From an uncultured Gammaproteobacteria bacterium (GTDB lineage Bacteria; Patescibacteriota; Microgenomatia; Levybacterales; GWA1-39-11): a stretch of DNA of 64,000 bases. The position numbers and the translations under genes are program-made. Positions within the stretch are counted from its first letter, which is position 1. Each line of letters starts with the position of its first letter. The stretch lies in the NCBI GenBank assembly GCA_964409875.1, contig CAYPEN010000002.1, forward strand, positions 338,630-402,629, written 5' to 3'. The notes below the pieces were generated by a model that worked only from the letters and a program-made list of their open reading frames with translations, was not told the origin of the DNA and ran no database searches. Shown here in pieces: positions 9,771-19,687 of this stretch.

Positions 9771-12659
9771 ATGTTCGGAAACTTATTTTCAACCAAAAAA
9801 TACGGAGAGGAAGAAGAGGGGCAAAATCAAAATAACTCGCAAAGTGGCAATCAAGTCGGACAACCAACTCCTCAGGCAATTGTGGAGAGTCCGACTACGG
9901 CTCCTGGTATGGACCCGGTAAAGCGGCAAAACGTTGAGAGTCTTACTCATCTTGATGCCCGTGCAAATTTAGTCCTTCAACAGGCGCAAAATGAGGCAAA
10001 AAGAGCAAAACTTCCACAGATAGAGCCCGATGTTGTTCTGTTGGGCTTGTTGTACGACAAGGAGGTATACAAGACACTTCAGGAGTTTTCGATAAATGTG
10101 GGTGATTTGGCACGCGAGCTTCAGCAGAAGCAGACCCCGGGAACTTTTGAGGGAACGCCAATTTTGTCTCCCACCTCACAAAAGATATTTGATGATGCAT
10201 TTACTACCGCCAAAAATAGAGGGTCGAGCTTTATAACACCTGAAGACATATTACTTTCTCTTTTCAACGCCGACTCCACAGCACAGTATCTTTCGACGAA
10301 GGGTATTCAAAAGGAAGGTGTTGAGAAAAATCTTTCAAAAAACCCTACATTCCAAGCAGCAGGAAAGAAGTCAGTTCTTGAACAATTCGGCATTGACCTT
10401 ACTGAGGAGGCAAAATTAGGGAAATTGGACCCTGTGGTGGGACGTGACAAAGAGATTGAGCGGCTTACCCATATTCTTCTCAGACGCACAAAGAATAATC
10501 CTATCATAATTGGAGAGGCAGGAGTTGGAAAAACTGCAGTTATCGAAGGATTATCACAAAACATTGTTAATGGAACAGTGCCTGACCAGCTTAAGAACAA
10601 GAAAATTATCGAACTTGATTTGGCAGCACTTATCGCCGGGGCGTCTCATAGAGGAGAATTTGAGGAACGGCTTAAAAATGTAATAAAGGAAGTGCAAATT
10701 TCAGAGGGAAAAATTCTCCTCTTTATTGATGAAATTCACACGCTTATTGGAGCTGGCGAACAAGGTGGAGGTGCGATGGATGCATCAAATATTATAAAAC
10801 CTTATTTGGCGCGAGGCCAATTGCAGCTTATCGGCACAACTACGACTGCGGAGTTCCGGAAATACTTTGAAAAAGACAAGGCGTTTCAAAGGAGGTTTCA
10901 ATCGGTGATAGTTGATGAGCCGGATGAGGAAACCGCGATGAAGATGCTCGAGGTTCTGAAAGACAAATACGAGAAATATCACACAGTCACCTTAACACCT
11001 GACGCGATAAAATTCTCAGTAACTCTCTCCAAAAAATATGTTGGGGAGCGCTATCTGCCGGATAAAGCAATAGACCTTCTCGATGAAGCTGCAGCAGAAG
11101 TAAAGCTTAAGCACGCACAAGGACAACGTCAGGACACAGAGGTTAAGAGGGCTGATATTGAAAAAGTAGTTTCCGATTGGACAGGAATTCCTATCACCCG
11201 TCTTACCGAAGATGAGGGAAAGAAGTTATTGCAACTTGAAGATTTGATACATAAGCGCCTTATTGACCAGGAAGAAGCAGTTGCTGTGGTTTCGGAGGCG
11301 GTAAGACGCGGGAGAATTGGGCTTGCTGCAGCAAATAGGCCGATAGCCTCATTTATTTTCCTCGGTCCGACCGGGGTTGGAAAAACAGAGCTTGCCAAAA
11401 CACTGGCTGAGATACTTTTTGGCAGGGATGATGCAATGGTTAGACTGGACATGTCCGAATACATGGAAAAGCATGAGGTTGCAAAACTTATCGGCGCACC
11501 TCCCGGATACGTTGGATATGAAGAAGGTGGACAGTTAACTGAAGCGGTGCGTGCAAAACCATATTCCATTGTGCTTCTTGATGAGGTGGAAAAGGCGCAC
11601 CCGGACGTTTTCAATATTTTGCTTCAACTGTTGGAAGACGGTCGGCTGACGGATAACAAGGGTAATACGATTTCTTTCAAAAATACGATTGTGATTGCAA
11701 CTTCAAATATTGGAAGCACAACTATTCAGGAGGCTTTGATGAATGCAAAGCAGGCCGGCGAAAAAAAGGCCGTGTCCGACATAAAATCTGCAACATCTCA
11801 GTCGGTTGCAGCGGCTCCTACACAGGTGTCTTCCGTAGTAGTACCTGCTGTTGGTGTTTCCCCAAATGAAACCCCGGCGGTTACTACCTCCCAGGGAGGC
11901 GTGGTAGGTTCCGGTGGTGCAGTTACTGCCGTTCCAAAAGTTGCGGGGCAGGATCCGGCAATGCAAAAAATCTTTGCAGAGCTTTCTAAAAAACTTATGG
12001 AAGAGCTGACGAAATTTTTCCGGCCGGAACTTGTTAACCGTTTTGATGGAGTAGTTATTTTCAAGCCTTTAAGAAAACAAGATATGAAACAGATAGCTGG
12101 AATAAATATCGGTAAAACTGCAAAACTTCTAAAAGAGCAAGGGTTTGTTCTTGAAATTTCAGATAAAGCCCTTGAGAAATTAGGAGATGAAGGATTCGAC
12201 CCAGTATATGGGGCGCGTCCTTTAAGGCGTCTTATCCAAAATGCAATTGAAAACCCGATAAGTATTGAGATTATAGGTCAGAAATTCATAGCAGGAGATA
12301 CGATAAAGGTAGATTATGATGAGGCAAAAGCGGAATACACTTTTATAAAGGCGGTTACCCAGCCGCAGCCGGGCGCAGCAACTCCTGCCGGACAAATACC
12401 ACCGTCTCCCAATCAGCCAGACGTTTCACCTACGCCGGGAACATCAAATGCTCAACAAGGAGTTGTAAATGGAGTTACTCAAGGAACTGCTCAGCCTACG
12501 GGTATGATTGCAGATCCGTATACGCCCGTGCAAAATCCGCTTACTCCTCCACCATTTAACCCATTTACGGCAGATGGTAGTGCCACTACAACAGTTCCTC
12601 AGCCAACCGTTGGAACAGATGGAACGCAAATGCAGCCGGATTCCACTCAAACACAGTAG
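9771..12659 (+). CDS. Clp/Hsp100 AAA+ ATPase (ClpA/ClpC-like) with low-complexity extensions
   Basis: Clp N-repeat, GEAGVGKT/LFIDEIH (NBD1), GPTGVGKT/LLDEVEKAHPDV (NBD2), FRPELVNR, YGARPL. Confidence 0.9.
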   Translation: MFGNLFSTKKYGEEEEGQNQNNSQSGNQVGQPTPQAIVESPTTAPGMDPVKRQNVESLTHLDARANLVLQQAQNEAKRAKLPQIEPDVVLLGLLYDKEVYKTLQEFSINVGDLARELQQKQTPGTFEGTPILSPTSQKIFDDAFTTAKNRGSSFITPEDILLSLFNADSTAQYLSTKGIQKEGVEKNLSKNPTFQAAGKKSVLEQFGIDLTEEAKLGKLDPVVGRDKEIERLTHILLRRTKNNPIIIGEAGVGKTAVIEGLSQNIVNGTVPDQLKNKKIIELDLAALIAGASHRGEFEERLKNVIKEVQISEGKILLFIDEIHTLIGAGEQGGGAMDASNIIKPYLARGQLQLIGTTTTAEFRKYFEKDKAFQRRFQSVIVDEPDEETAMKMLEVLKDKYEKYHTVTLTPDAIKFSVTLSKKYVGERYLPDKAIDLLDEAAAEVKLKHAQGQRQDTEVKRADIEKVVSDWTGIPITRLTEDEGKKLLQLEDLIHKRLIDQEEAVAVVSEAVRRGRIGLAAANRPIASFIFLGPTGVGKTELAKTLAEILFGRDDAMVRLDMSEYMEKHEVAKLIGAPPGYVGYEEGGQLTEAVRAKPYSIVLLDEVEKAHPDVFNILLQLLEDGRLTDNKGNTISFKNTIVIATSNIGSTTIQEALMNAKQAGEKKAVSDIKSATSQSVAAAPTQVSSVVVPAVGVSPNETPAVTTSQGGVVGSGGAVTAVPKVAGQDPAMQKIFAELSKKLMEELTKFFRPELVNRFDGVVIFKPLRKQDMKQIAGINIGKTAKLLKEQGFVLEISDKALEKLGDEGFDPVYGARPLRRLIQNAIENPISIEIIGQKFIAGDTIKVDYDEAKAEYTFIKAVTQPQPGAATPAGQIPPSPNQPDVSPTPGTSNAQQGVVNGVTQGTAQPTGMIADPYTPVQNPLTPPPFNPFTADGSATTTVPQPTVGTDGTQMQPDSTQTQ

Positions 12660-12670
12660 ATAAGTACCCT

Positions 12671-13213
12671 ATGGACAACAACCAACCAGAAATTGTGCAA
12701 CAACAATCAATTCCTGTCCCTCCGCCTGTTCCGCCCCCGGGAATACCGCCTTCCGGCAAGCAAAAAAAATTGCTACTTATTGTTGGTGTAATTATTGTAG
12801 TATTAGCTATTATTGCGGTATCTGTTGTCTTTTTCATTTCAAAGAAGACACCTGTGGTGGTTATTCCCTCGCCCACGCCATTTCCGACAACGGCTATCTC
12901 AACACCTACTACTAGCCCTACGTCAGCAAATCCAGCCATCGAACTCGTGCTTACAAAGGGGAAAGTTGTTAGTGTTCCAAATTCTCCACTCACTATTGTT
13001 TACAAAGGGCAATCGGCACCAAACCCTAAGTGTGTTGATTGTTCCACGACAACAAATATTGTTGTTACAAGCCAAAAAGTTGATCAAAAGTTAAGCTATG
13101 TTTGTGGAGGGATAGCGGGAACATGTACAGAGAAGCAGTCAGCCTATGGATATAATGTGACTCTTGTAAAAGTAGACGAAGCAATTGCAACCGTAAAAAT
13201 CCAAAAACAATGA
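12671..13213 (+). CDS. Single-pass membrane protein with Pro/Thr linker and Cys-containing extracellular domain
   Basis: Pro-rich N-terminus, TM, PSPTPFPT linker, CVDC and CGGIAGTC. Confidence 0.7.
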   Translation: MDNNQPEIVQQQSIPVPPPVPPPGIPPSGKQKKLLLIVGVIIVVLAIIAVSVVFFISKKTPVVVIPSPTPFPTTAISTPTTSPTSANPAIELVLTKGKVVSVPNSPLTIVYKGQSAPNPKCVDCSTTTNIVVTSQKVDQKLSYVCGGIAGTCTEKQSAYGYNVTLVKVDEAIATVKIQKQ

Positions 13214-15195
13214 ATGAAAAATTTAAGGAAAAATCCGAACGGTCACTTTCCTATGCGCGCCAATTTCTCTCTGTCCATAAATTTGGATTAATTTTTCTTT
13301 CTGTTCTTCTTCTTTTTGCGGTTCTTACAATAATTATCCTTGCCGGTTTGCAAAAGAAAATTTCATTACCGAATGTAGATCTGTCATCCTATTCAAATGT
13401 TACAAAAGAAGAAGGGAGAACAGTATTCTCTCTTTCTACAAAAAAGGATTACATTTATAAGTCGGATTCGAAGAGAGGCTTGGATGCTGCTCAGGAATTC
13501 CTCGACCTGAACCCTTCTCTACCGGAGGGTTCCCTCTTCCCGAAAAATTTTTCAAAGAACACCGTTGTTACAAGACAAATTTCGGATAAAAACGACACAT
13601 ATCTTAAAAAAAACAACATAGCGCTTTCTAACGAGCATTATTTCTTCAATCAAACCATAAATAATATTCCGGTGTATGGTGCAGTTGTAACGGTTCATAT
13701 AAAAAATGGGAATGAAGTATATGCAACGAGCGGTAATATATCGACAAATACAACACGAACGGTTCAGAAGATAACCGATGGGAAAGCCAAGGAAATCGCA
13801 TTGTCTGAAGCAAAAAAAGAAGTAATTTCAGGAGAGCTTACCGTTAAAACGACGAAGAAATATTACATCAACGAACGCTTGATGGGTTTATCAAACAATT
13901 CTGTTAACCGTTTCGTTTTAGAAGTCGAGGTGGAATCAATAGGAAAGCCTGTTGTTTTCAGGACTCAATATTTTGTTGATTTGGAAAACGGTACCATTCT
14001 CTACACAGAGTCCCAAACAAGAGATGCCCTTGATAGAAATGTTTATAACTGCCAGGGGGGAGGATGCCCTTTGCAAAGACAGGAAGGAGGAGGTGCCGTA
14101 ACGGATAATGATGTGAATAATGTCTATGAGTACTTTGGGACAGTCTATAATTACTTTTTCAATACGTACAGCAGGGATAGTTATGATAATGCTGGAGCGC
14201 CCTATGACGGATATGTTCATGCATCAAATGGCATGTCAATGCATGGTGTTCCGGTTCAATGTCCAAATGCATTCTGGAATGGATATGAAATGGTTTTTTG
14301 CTCAGGCCTTGTGCTTTTAGATGTAACAGGTCACGAGTTAAGCCATGCACTGACAGGGGAAACTGCTGGACTGCAATATCTTCAGGAATCGGGAGCGCTT
14401 AACGAAGCAGTTTCAGATATTTTCGGAAGTGCAATGGATAATAATTGGGACATTGGAGAAGGACTTCCTCCAGGGCTTGGTCTGCCGGTTCCGCTCCGTT
14501 CGATGAGCAATCCTCCGTCACGAAATAATCCTGATAAACTTTCTTCATCCTTGTTTTATTGTGGAGCACCCGATAGTGCACACGACTACGGAGGGGTTCA
14601 CAAGAATAGCGGGGTCATTAATAAAACCTTTTTTCTTATGACTGATGGGGGTTCATTTAATGGATGTACGATAAATGGAATTGGAAGGCCGAAATCTCAC
14701 CCCATTGTGTACCAAGCGCTCACCAAATATCTTGCGCCGACGTCGAATTTCAAAGATGTATACACGACGTTTATGCAGGCATGCTCCGACCTGTATGGTT
14801 CTTCGTCATCAGAGTGCGACAATGTAAATCGTGCAATGCAGGCAACCGAACTCGACCAACAACCGCAAGGAATGCCTCAAAGCCCGGTATGTTCCGGTCA
14901 GCCACTCCAACCTGCAACCTGTTCAGCAGCTGGAACTCCTCCCGCAAATCCAACATCAAGCACAACCCCGAGCGTTTCACCATCTACAACTGCCAGTCCG
15001 ACAGTTACCACGACAATATCTCCTACATCAGCACAGAGTCCAACTGCTACTCCGACACCGATTGGAGGAGGGTATCAGCAACATGGAACACCTACACCTA
15101 CCCCTGACCAATATTTTACATGTAAGCCTGACCCCGGTTGCGCAAAAAGCGGTAAAAATATTCAACTTTGTCCTCTTTTGTGCTCACCACAGTAA
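13210..15195 (+). CDS. Membrane-anchored M4 (thermolysin-family) zinc metalloprotease
   Basis: FTP/PepSY-like propeptide, NAFWNG, HELSH (HExxH), GALNEAVSD, GGVHKNSG; Thr/Pro tail with Cys-rich end. Confidence 0.92.
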   Translation: MNEKFKEKSERSLSYARQFLSVHKFGLIFLSVLLLFAVLTIIILAGLQKKISLPNVDLSSYSNVTKEEGRTVFSLSTKKDYIYKSDSKRGLDAAQEFLDLNPSLPEGSLFPKNFSKNTVVTRQISDKNDTYLKKNNIALSNEHYFFNQTINNIPVYGAVVTVHIKNGNEVYATSGNISTNTTRTVQKITDGKAKEIALSEAKKEVISGELTVKTTKKYYINERLMGLSNNSVNRFVLEVEVESIGKPVVFRTQYFVDLENGTILYTESQTRDALDRNVYNCQGGGCPLQRQEGGGAVTDNDVNNVYEYFGTVYNYFFNTYSRDSYDNAGAPYDGYVHASNGMSMHGVPVQCPNAFWNGYEMVFCSGLVLLDVTGHELSHALTGETAGLQYLQESGALNEAVSDIFGSAMDNNWDIGEGLPPGLGLPVPLRSMSNPPSRNNPDKLSSSLFYCGAPDSAHDYGGVHKNSGVINKTFFLMTDGGSFNGCTINGIGRPKSHPIVYQALTKYLAPTSNFKDVYTTFMQACSDLYGSSSSECDNVNRAMQATELDQQPQGMPQSPVCSGQPLQPATCSAAGTPPANPTSSTTPSVSPSTTASPTVTTTISPTSAQSPTATPTPIGGGYQQHGTPTPTPDQYFTCKPDPGCAKSGKNIQLCPLLCSPQ

Positions 15196-15240
15196 AAATA
15201 GAGCTGGCAATTGGGAGCTCAAACTGCTAAAATACACAAT

Positions 15241-15351
15241 ATGAGTTCTGACTACTACAAGGTTTTAGGAGTATCCAAAACCGCGACGGCGGATGAGATA
15301 AAGCGTGCATACCCTGAGCGGAGCGAAGGGAAAGCTCGGAATAATAATTAA
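15241..15351 (+). pseudogene. Truncated J-domain (dnaJ 5' fragment) disrupted by a short palindromic insertion
   Basis: [36 protein letters not shown]; parallels the N-terminus of the dnaJ that follows. Confidence 0.75.
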
Positions 15352-15352
15352 C

Positions 15353-16216
15353 ATGAATGATTATTATAAAACATTAGGTGTTTCAAAGAATGCAACGGCA
15401 AGTGAAATTAAAAGTGCTTACAGAAAGCTTGCCGTGCAGTACCATCCGGACAAAAATAAGTCCAAAGAGGCTGAAGAGAAATTTAAAGAGATAAACCAGG
15501 CGTATGAGGTCTTGGGAAACCCTCAAAAAAGGCAGCAATATGACCAATTTGGTGCCGCTGCTTTTGAAAATGGAGGGCGTGGAGGAGCGGGTGGACCTTT
15601 CGGAGGTTTTGGAGGTCAAAATGGTCCGTTCAGTTATACCTATACGACCAATGGGGCTGAGGGATTTGATTTTGGCGGATTTTCTGACCCCTTTGATATT
15701 TTTGAGCAATTTTTTGGAGGGGGGGCACCTTTTGGAAGACGAAAACCATCGTATTCTTTAAGAATTGATTTTATGGAAGCGGTCAAGGGAACGACAAAAA
15801 CAGTTTCATTAGACGGAAATAAAAAAGATATAAAAGTTCCAGCAGGAGTGAATGATGGGTCACGCATTCAATTTAGTGATTTTGACATTATTATCACAGT
15901 TGCCCCAAGCTCAAAATTCAGACGCGAAGGGTACGATATCGTAACAGAAACAAAAATTCCTATGGCAGAAGCTGCCCTTGGTGGAATTGAGGAAGTTGAG
16001 ACAATTGATGGGAAGGTAAAATTAAAAATTCCGCAAGGAACGCAGCCGGGGACGCTTATCCGCATTAAAGGAAAGGGAGTAAAGCATGTTAATAGTGCTA
16101 CCCGGGGAGACCATTATGTAAGAGTGCAAATCGATATTCCTAACAAGCTTTCATCACGGCAAAAAGAACTCTTGGAAGAATTTATGGATGAGTCAAAGAA
16201 GCGGCACTGGTTTTAG
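15353..16216 (+). CDS. dnaJ: DnaJ-class chaperone (type II, no zinc finger)
   Basis: [11 protein letters not shown] motif, G/F-rich region, C-terminal domain; no CxxCxGxG repeats; start ATG 15353. Confidence 0.9.
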   Translation: MNDYYKTLGVSKNATASEIKSAYRKLAVQYHPDKNKSKEAEEKFKEINQAYEVLGNPQKRQQYDQFGAAAFENGGRGGAGGPFGGFGGQNGPFSYTYTTNGAEGFDFGGFSDPFDIFEQFFGGGAPFGRRKPSYSLRIDFMEAVKGTTKTVSLDGNKKDIKVPAGVNDGSRIQFSDFDIIITVAPSSKFRREGYDIVTETKIPMAEAALGGIEEVETIDGKVKLKIPQGTQPGTLIRIKGKGVKHVNSATRGDHYVRVQIDIPNKLSSRQKELLEEFMDESKKRHWF

Positions 16217-16272
16217 TTGGTGTAATTGACTTTTGTTCGGAATTACTTTTTAATTAATTTGCGTCTTTTTTT

Positions 16273-16680
16273 ATGAGTTCAACTCCCAATAATTCCTCGT
16301 TCGGTATGCATCTTATGATAGATGGGTATAATTGTGCAAAGCAGCCTCTTGAAGATGCTAACCTTCTCTATAAAATGCTTGATACCCTTCCTACAACAAT
16401 CGGCATGACAAAAATGACCAAACCGTATTTAGTGTTCACTGAGGGCAACAACATAAAAGACCCTGGAGGGTGGAGTGGGTTTGTTCTTATTCAAGAGTCA
16501 CATGTGAGTATACACACCTTTGTTAAACGCAAATTCTTTACCTTCGATTTATATTCTTGTAAAGAATTTGACGCCAATATCGCGATAGACTATCTCAAGA
16601 AAATGTTCAAAACCGATGAAATGGATATATCAATTGAAGAGCGCGGAAAAAAATATCCGTCTGAAAACCTCGAAGATTAG
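16273..16680 (+). CDS. speD: S-adenosylmethionine decarboxylase proenzyme family (class 1b)
   Basis: GMHLMIDGY, QESHVSIHT self-cleavage site, DLYSC. Confidence 0.85.
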   Translation: MSSTPNNSSFGMHLMIDGYNCAKQPLEDANLLYKMLDTLPTTIGMTKMTKPYLVFTEGNNIKDPGGWSGFVLIQESHVSIHTFVKRKFFTFDLYSCKEFDANIAIDYLKKMFKTDEMDISIEERGKKYPSENLED

Positions 16681-17576
16681 TGAATAAGCCAAATTCCGGC
16701 AAACATAAGAGACATAAGAATAATTTTTTTTGTTAGCCCCCCCTTAGAAATATCCTCATGGAAAATTTTGGGAGCAACAATTGTTAAAACAAATCCATAC
16801 AGAATTCCGTAGAAAACTTGAGTTCCACCCAAAACACTGACCAATGCAACAGGTCCAAGTGCAATTGCAAGGAATGTTATAACTTTAGAAATGATAAATA
16901 TGAACTCATTCAAAAACATGATACCAAGAACTTTTGTGCCTACGGTTTTTGTTGTTTTTAAGAATGCCTTTCTTACTGTTGGAAAAATTAACCAAAGGAT
17001 GAGTCCGCCCAGTGCAATTCCCCAACTCTCATAGCTAAATATTTTTGTGAAGGAATCTGCCGTAATTGCAAACTTCAAAATGATATTAGCAAGTGCAAAA
17101 AAAACATCCGAAATAAGAACCAGATAAAAAGCCGAGTCAAATTTAAACTTCCTTTTTTCTTTATTAATTGAGAGAGCAAGCACAGACAGAAGCACCATTA
17201 AAAACCCCATAAATTGACTGCCATTAATCCTTTCCGATAAGAAAATAAATGATAGTGCGAAGGTAATAAGAGGTATCAGTTGAAATAAACCGATGACATA
17301 ACTTGTCTGGCTTTTTGAGAGTGCGTTGAAATAGAGGGCATACCCAAAAAGAGTCAAAACGCCGGTTGATATGACGAGCACTGCATCAAAAAGGGGAAGA
17401 AAAGGGAAGCCGACAGCTACCCAAAAAAGCGTTCCGACAACAAGCCCTACGATAGAGCCATAAATAGGCATCCCACGGTAGTCTTTTACTTTGTGCTCAA
17501 CTACATATTTATCTACAAAATTTACGACCGTATAAACGGCAGGTGCAAGAAGAGCCAAATAAAGCCAATTATTCAT
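16677..17576 (-). CDS. EamA/DMT-family transporter
   Basis: About 10 TM, two EamA-like halves (LYFNALSK...FLSERI). Confidence 0.85.
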   Translation of the reverse strand: MNNWLYLALLAPAVYTVVNFVDKYVVEHKVKDYRGMPIYGSIVGLVVGTLFWVAVGFPFLPLFDAVLVISTGVLTLFGYALYFNALSKSQTSYVIGLFQLIPLITFALSFIFLSERINGSQFMGFLMVLLSVLALSINKEKRKFKFDSAFYLVLISDVFFALANIILKFAITADSFTKIFSYESWGIALGGLILWLIFPTVRKAFLKTTKTVGTKVLGIMFLNEFIFIISKVITFLAIALGPVALVSVLGGTQVFYGILYGFVLTIVAPKIFHEDISKGGLTKKIILMSLMFAGIWLIH

Positions 17577-18492
17577 TAATTTCTACAGTGTATTTCTTTA
17601 GATATTTTATCGGATTCCATTGTTTCTTTGCATATTTTAATCCCGGTATTCCCAAATCTTGTTCGATGTTCATATATTGATACTCCATATTCCATAGATG
17701 TTTTGCAAGACAATTGTTAAGAAATACATACACTTCTTTATATTGTGGATTACTTTTTGCGAAATGAACAACCGCATATTCACTACCAATAAGTTCTGCG
17801 ACTATAAATCCCAAATAATTCCCTTTATATTCGGCAGCCACAATAATAGGAGAAAACAAATGCGCATGGTATAAAAACCGTTCCAAGGCTGTCAACTCAT
17901 GTTGCGTTTCATTCCTTTCTTTTCCTCTTCCTTTTTCCCATGTGTAAAAAACGTCTAACAAAATTTCATGTGTCTTTTTATCAGACGCATCAAGAATAAC
18001 CGGTAGGCATTCCGGATAATTCTTTTCAAACCGGTTAAGGTGGTTCTTCTGTGTATGAAATTTAGTTGTAGCAAGGGAACTTACTTCTTGAGTGGATAGT
18101 ATATAGTCAAAGTTATCCTCGTCTTCTGATACCTTATATTTTTTGGATTCTTTAAGATTGTTTGCAACGATGTGAGGAATGAGTTTAAGAATTCCAGGCA
18201 ATTCTTGTGTGATACTATGCTCGAGTAGGGTATGTGTAGTCCTAACTGGTTCATCATTTCCCATGAAAGAAAAAAAATATTCGGAAGTGACATAGTCCTC
18301 AAATTTGACGACAAGGTTATTATGAAGTTGTGCAATTTCCATTTTTTCTTTGGTGTTATAGCACCACATAGATGCAAAATTGTAGTCGGAGTAGGGTTCG
18401 AAGCTATCTAAAAAAGGTTGGAGTATTGAATGGTCTTGCAGCATGAGCGGTTTGAGCTCAGGAAATACAGGAAGATTTCGTAATAAATTCAT
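17569..18492 (-). CDS. DUF2156 / aminoacyl-phosphatidylglycerol synthase C-terminal-like GNAT protein
   Basis: SDYNFASMWCY, DNFDYI, YMNIEQDLGIPGLKYAKKQWNP. Confidence 0.8.
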   Translation of the reverse strand: MNLLRNLPVFPELKPLMLQDHSILQPFLDSFEPYSDYNFASMWCYNTKEKMEIAQLHNNLVVKFEDYVTSEYFFSFMGNDEPVRTTHTLLEHSITQELPGILKLIPHIVANNLKESKKYKVSEDEDNFDYILSTQEVSSLATTKFHTQKNHLNRFEKNYPECLPVILDASDKKTHEILLDVFYTWEKGRGKERNETQHELTALERFLYHAHLFSPIIVAAEYKGNYLGFIVAELIGSEYAVVHFAKSNPQYKEVYVFLNNCLAKHLWNMEYQYMNIEQDLGIPGLKYAKKQWNPIKYLKKYTVEINE

Positions 18493-18519
18493 GATTATTG
18501 ATAGTATATCTTACCTTTC

Positions 18520-18548
18520 TTGACAAGTGACACGCAACATTCCATACT
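18520..18548 (+). promoter_or_regulatory. Promoter for a probably leaderless transcript
   Basis: TTGACA 18520-18525, 17 bp, CATACT 18543-18548, ATG 6 nt downstream. Confidence 0.7.
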
Positions 18549-18554
18549 AAAAAT

Positions 18555-19364
18555 ATGCTTGAAACACTGAAAAAAGAGTGGGAAGCAAAGGTAATACTCG
18601 GAATTTTTCTCCTGTATGTTGCGTGGTGGGCATACATGCAATTGGCTCTTCCTCATGACAACATACTGTATGCATTGTACGGCCAGTCATATGGAGTAAT
18701 TGCGCTTGTTGGTGGAATTTGGGGATTATTTGTGGCAAGAAAATGGGGAGGCTTAAAGAGCATTATGGGAAAGGCAATTATTATGTTTTCCCTTGGTCTT
18801 TTTGCCCAAGAATTCGGACAGATAGCATACACTTATTATATTTTCGTTGAGCATATAGAAATTCCCTACCCTTCAATTGGCGATATCGGATTTTTCGGTA
18901 CGATCCCTTTTTATATATATGGAGCCTATCTTTTGGCAAAAGCATCGGGAGTAAAAATTTCCCTTCGTTCGTTTGGAAACAAATTACAGGCAATTCTTAT
19001 CCCCATTGTTATGGTTGGAGTATCTTACATTCTGTTTTTACATAATTATCAGCTTGATTTTTCGCATCCTCTTAAGTCATTTCTGGATTTTGGGTATCCC
19101 TTAGGTCAGGCAATATATGTATCTATTGCTATATTTACGTATGTAGCGACCAGGAAACTTTTGGGGGGAATTATGAGGCCCAAAGTTCTTGTCATTTTAT
19201 TTGCATTTGTCGCACAATTCTTATCGGATTATTCGTTTATATATTTTCAAGACAAATATTATCCCGGCCACTTCATAGATTTGGTATATACAGCTTCGTA
19301 TATGATAATGGCAATTGGCATACTTGAATTAAAAACTGTTTATAACCAACTCCATCGAGGATAA
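18555..19364 (+). CDS. Stand-alone 7-8 TM membrane protein (putative sensor domain)
   Basis: Hydrophobic helices; PYPSIGDIGF motif seen in membrane sensor domains; upstream of kinase. Confidence 0.7.
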   Translation: MLETLKKEWEAKVILGIFLLYVAWWAYMQLALPHDNILYALYGQSYGVIALVGGIWGLFVARKWGGLKSIMGKAIIMFSLGLFAQEFGQIAYTYYIFVEHIEIPYPSIGDIGFFGTIPFYIYGAYLLAKASGVKISLRSFGNKLQAILIPIVMVGVSYILFLHNYQLDFSHPLKSFLDFGYPLGQAIYVSIAIFTYVATRKLLGGIMRPKVLVILFAFVAQFLSDYSFIYFQDKYYPGHFIDLVYTASYMIMAIGILELKTVYNQLHRG

Positions 19365-19367
19365 TGT

Positions 19368-19652
19368 ATGCAAAATGATGTATATGCCCAAATGGCCGAA
19401 AAAATAATCAAGGTTCAAGAGAACATTATCGGGCCGATTGCTCTTGAGCAGGCCGAAAAAGTGCAGGGGTTAAAAATTGATTGGAAAAAACACGACATTA
19501 AGTTTGAAGGTAATCAAAAAGATATTGTCGGCAAACTTGTTGAGAGGTACGAAAAACTTTTCGGACAAACGTCAGTTGAAATGTGCAAAGATGCGGTAAA
19601 AAGTATAACCTCTCAAGTGGCTTCGTCTGATTTACCTGCTCTTCTTCAATAG
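19368..19652 (+). CDS. Small helical hypothetical protein
   Basis: 94 aa ORF coupled to upstream gene (IIGPIALEQA...LVERYEKLFG). Confidence 0.7.
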   Translation: MQNDVYAQMAEKIIKVQENIIGPIALEQAEKVQGLKIDWKKHDIKFEGNQKDIVGKLVERYEKLFGQTSVEMCKDAVKSITSQVASSDLPALLQ

Positions 19653-19687
19653 CGTCACGCGCTTTTAATACTATATAATTAGTTCAT

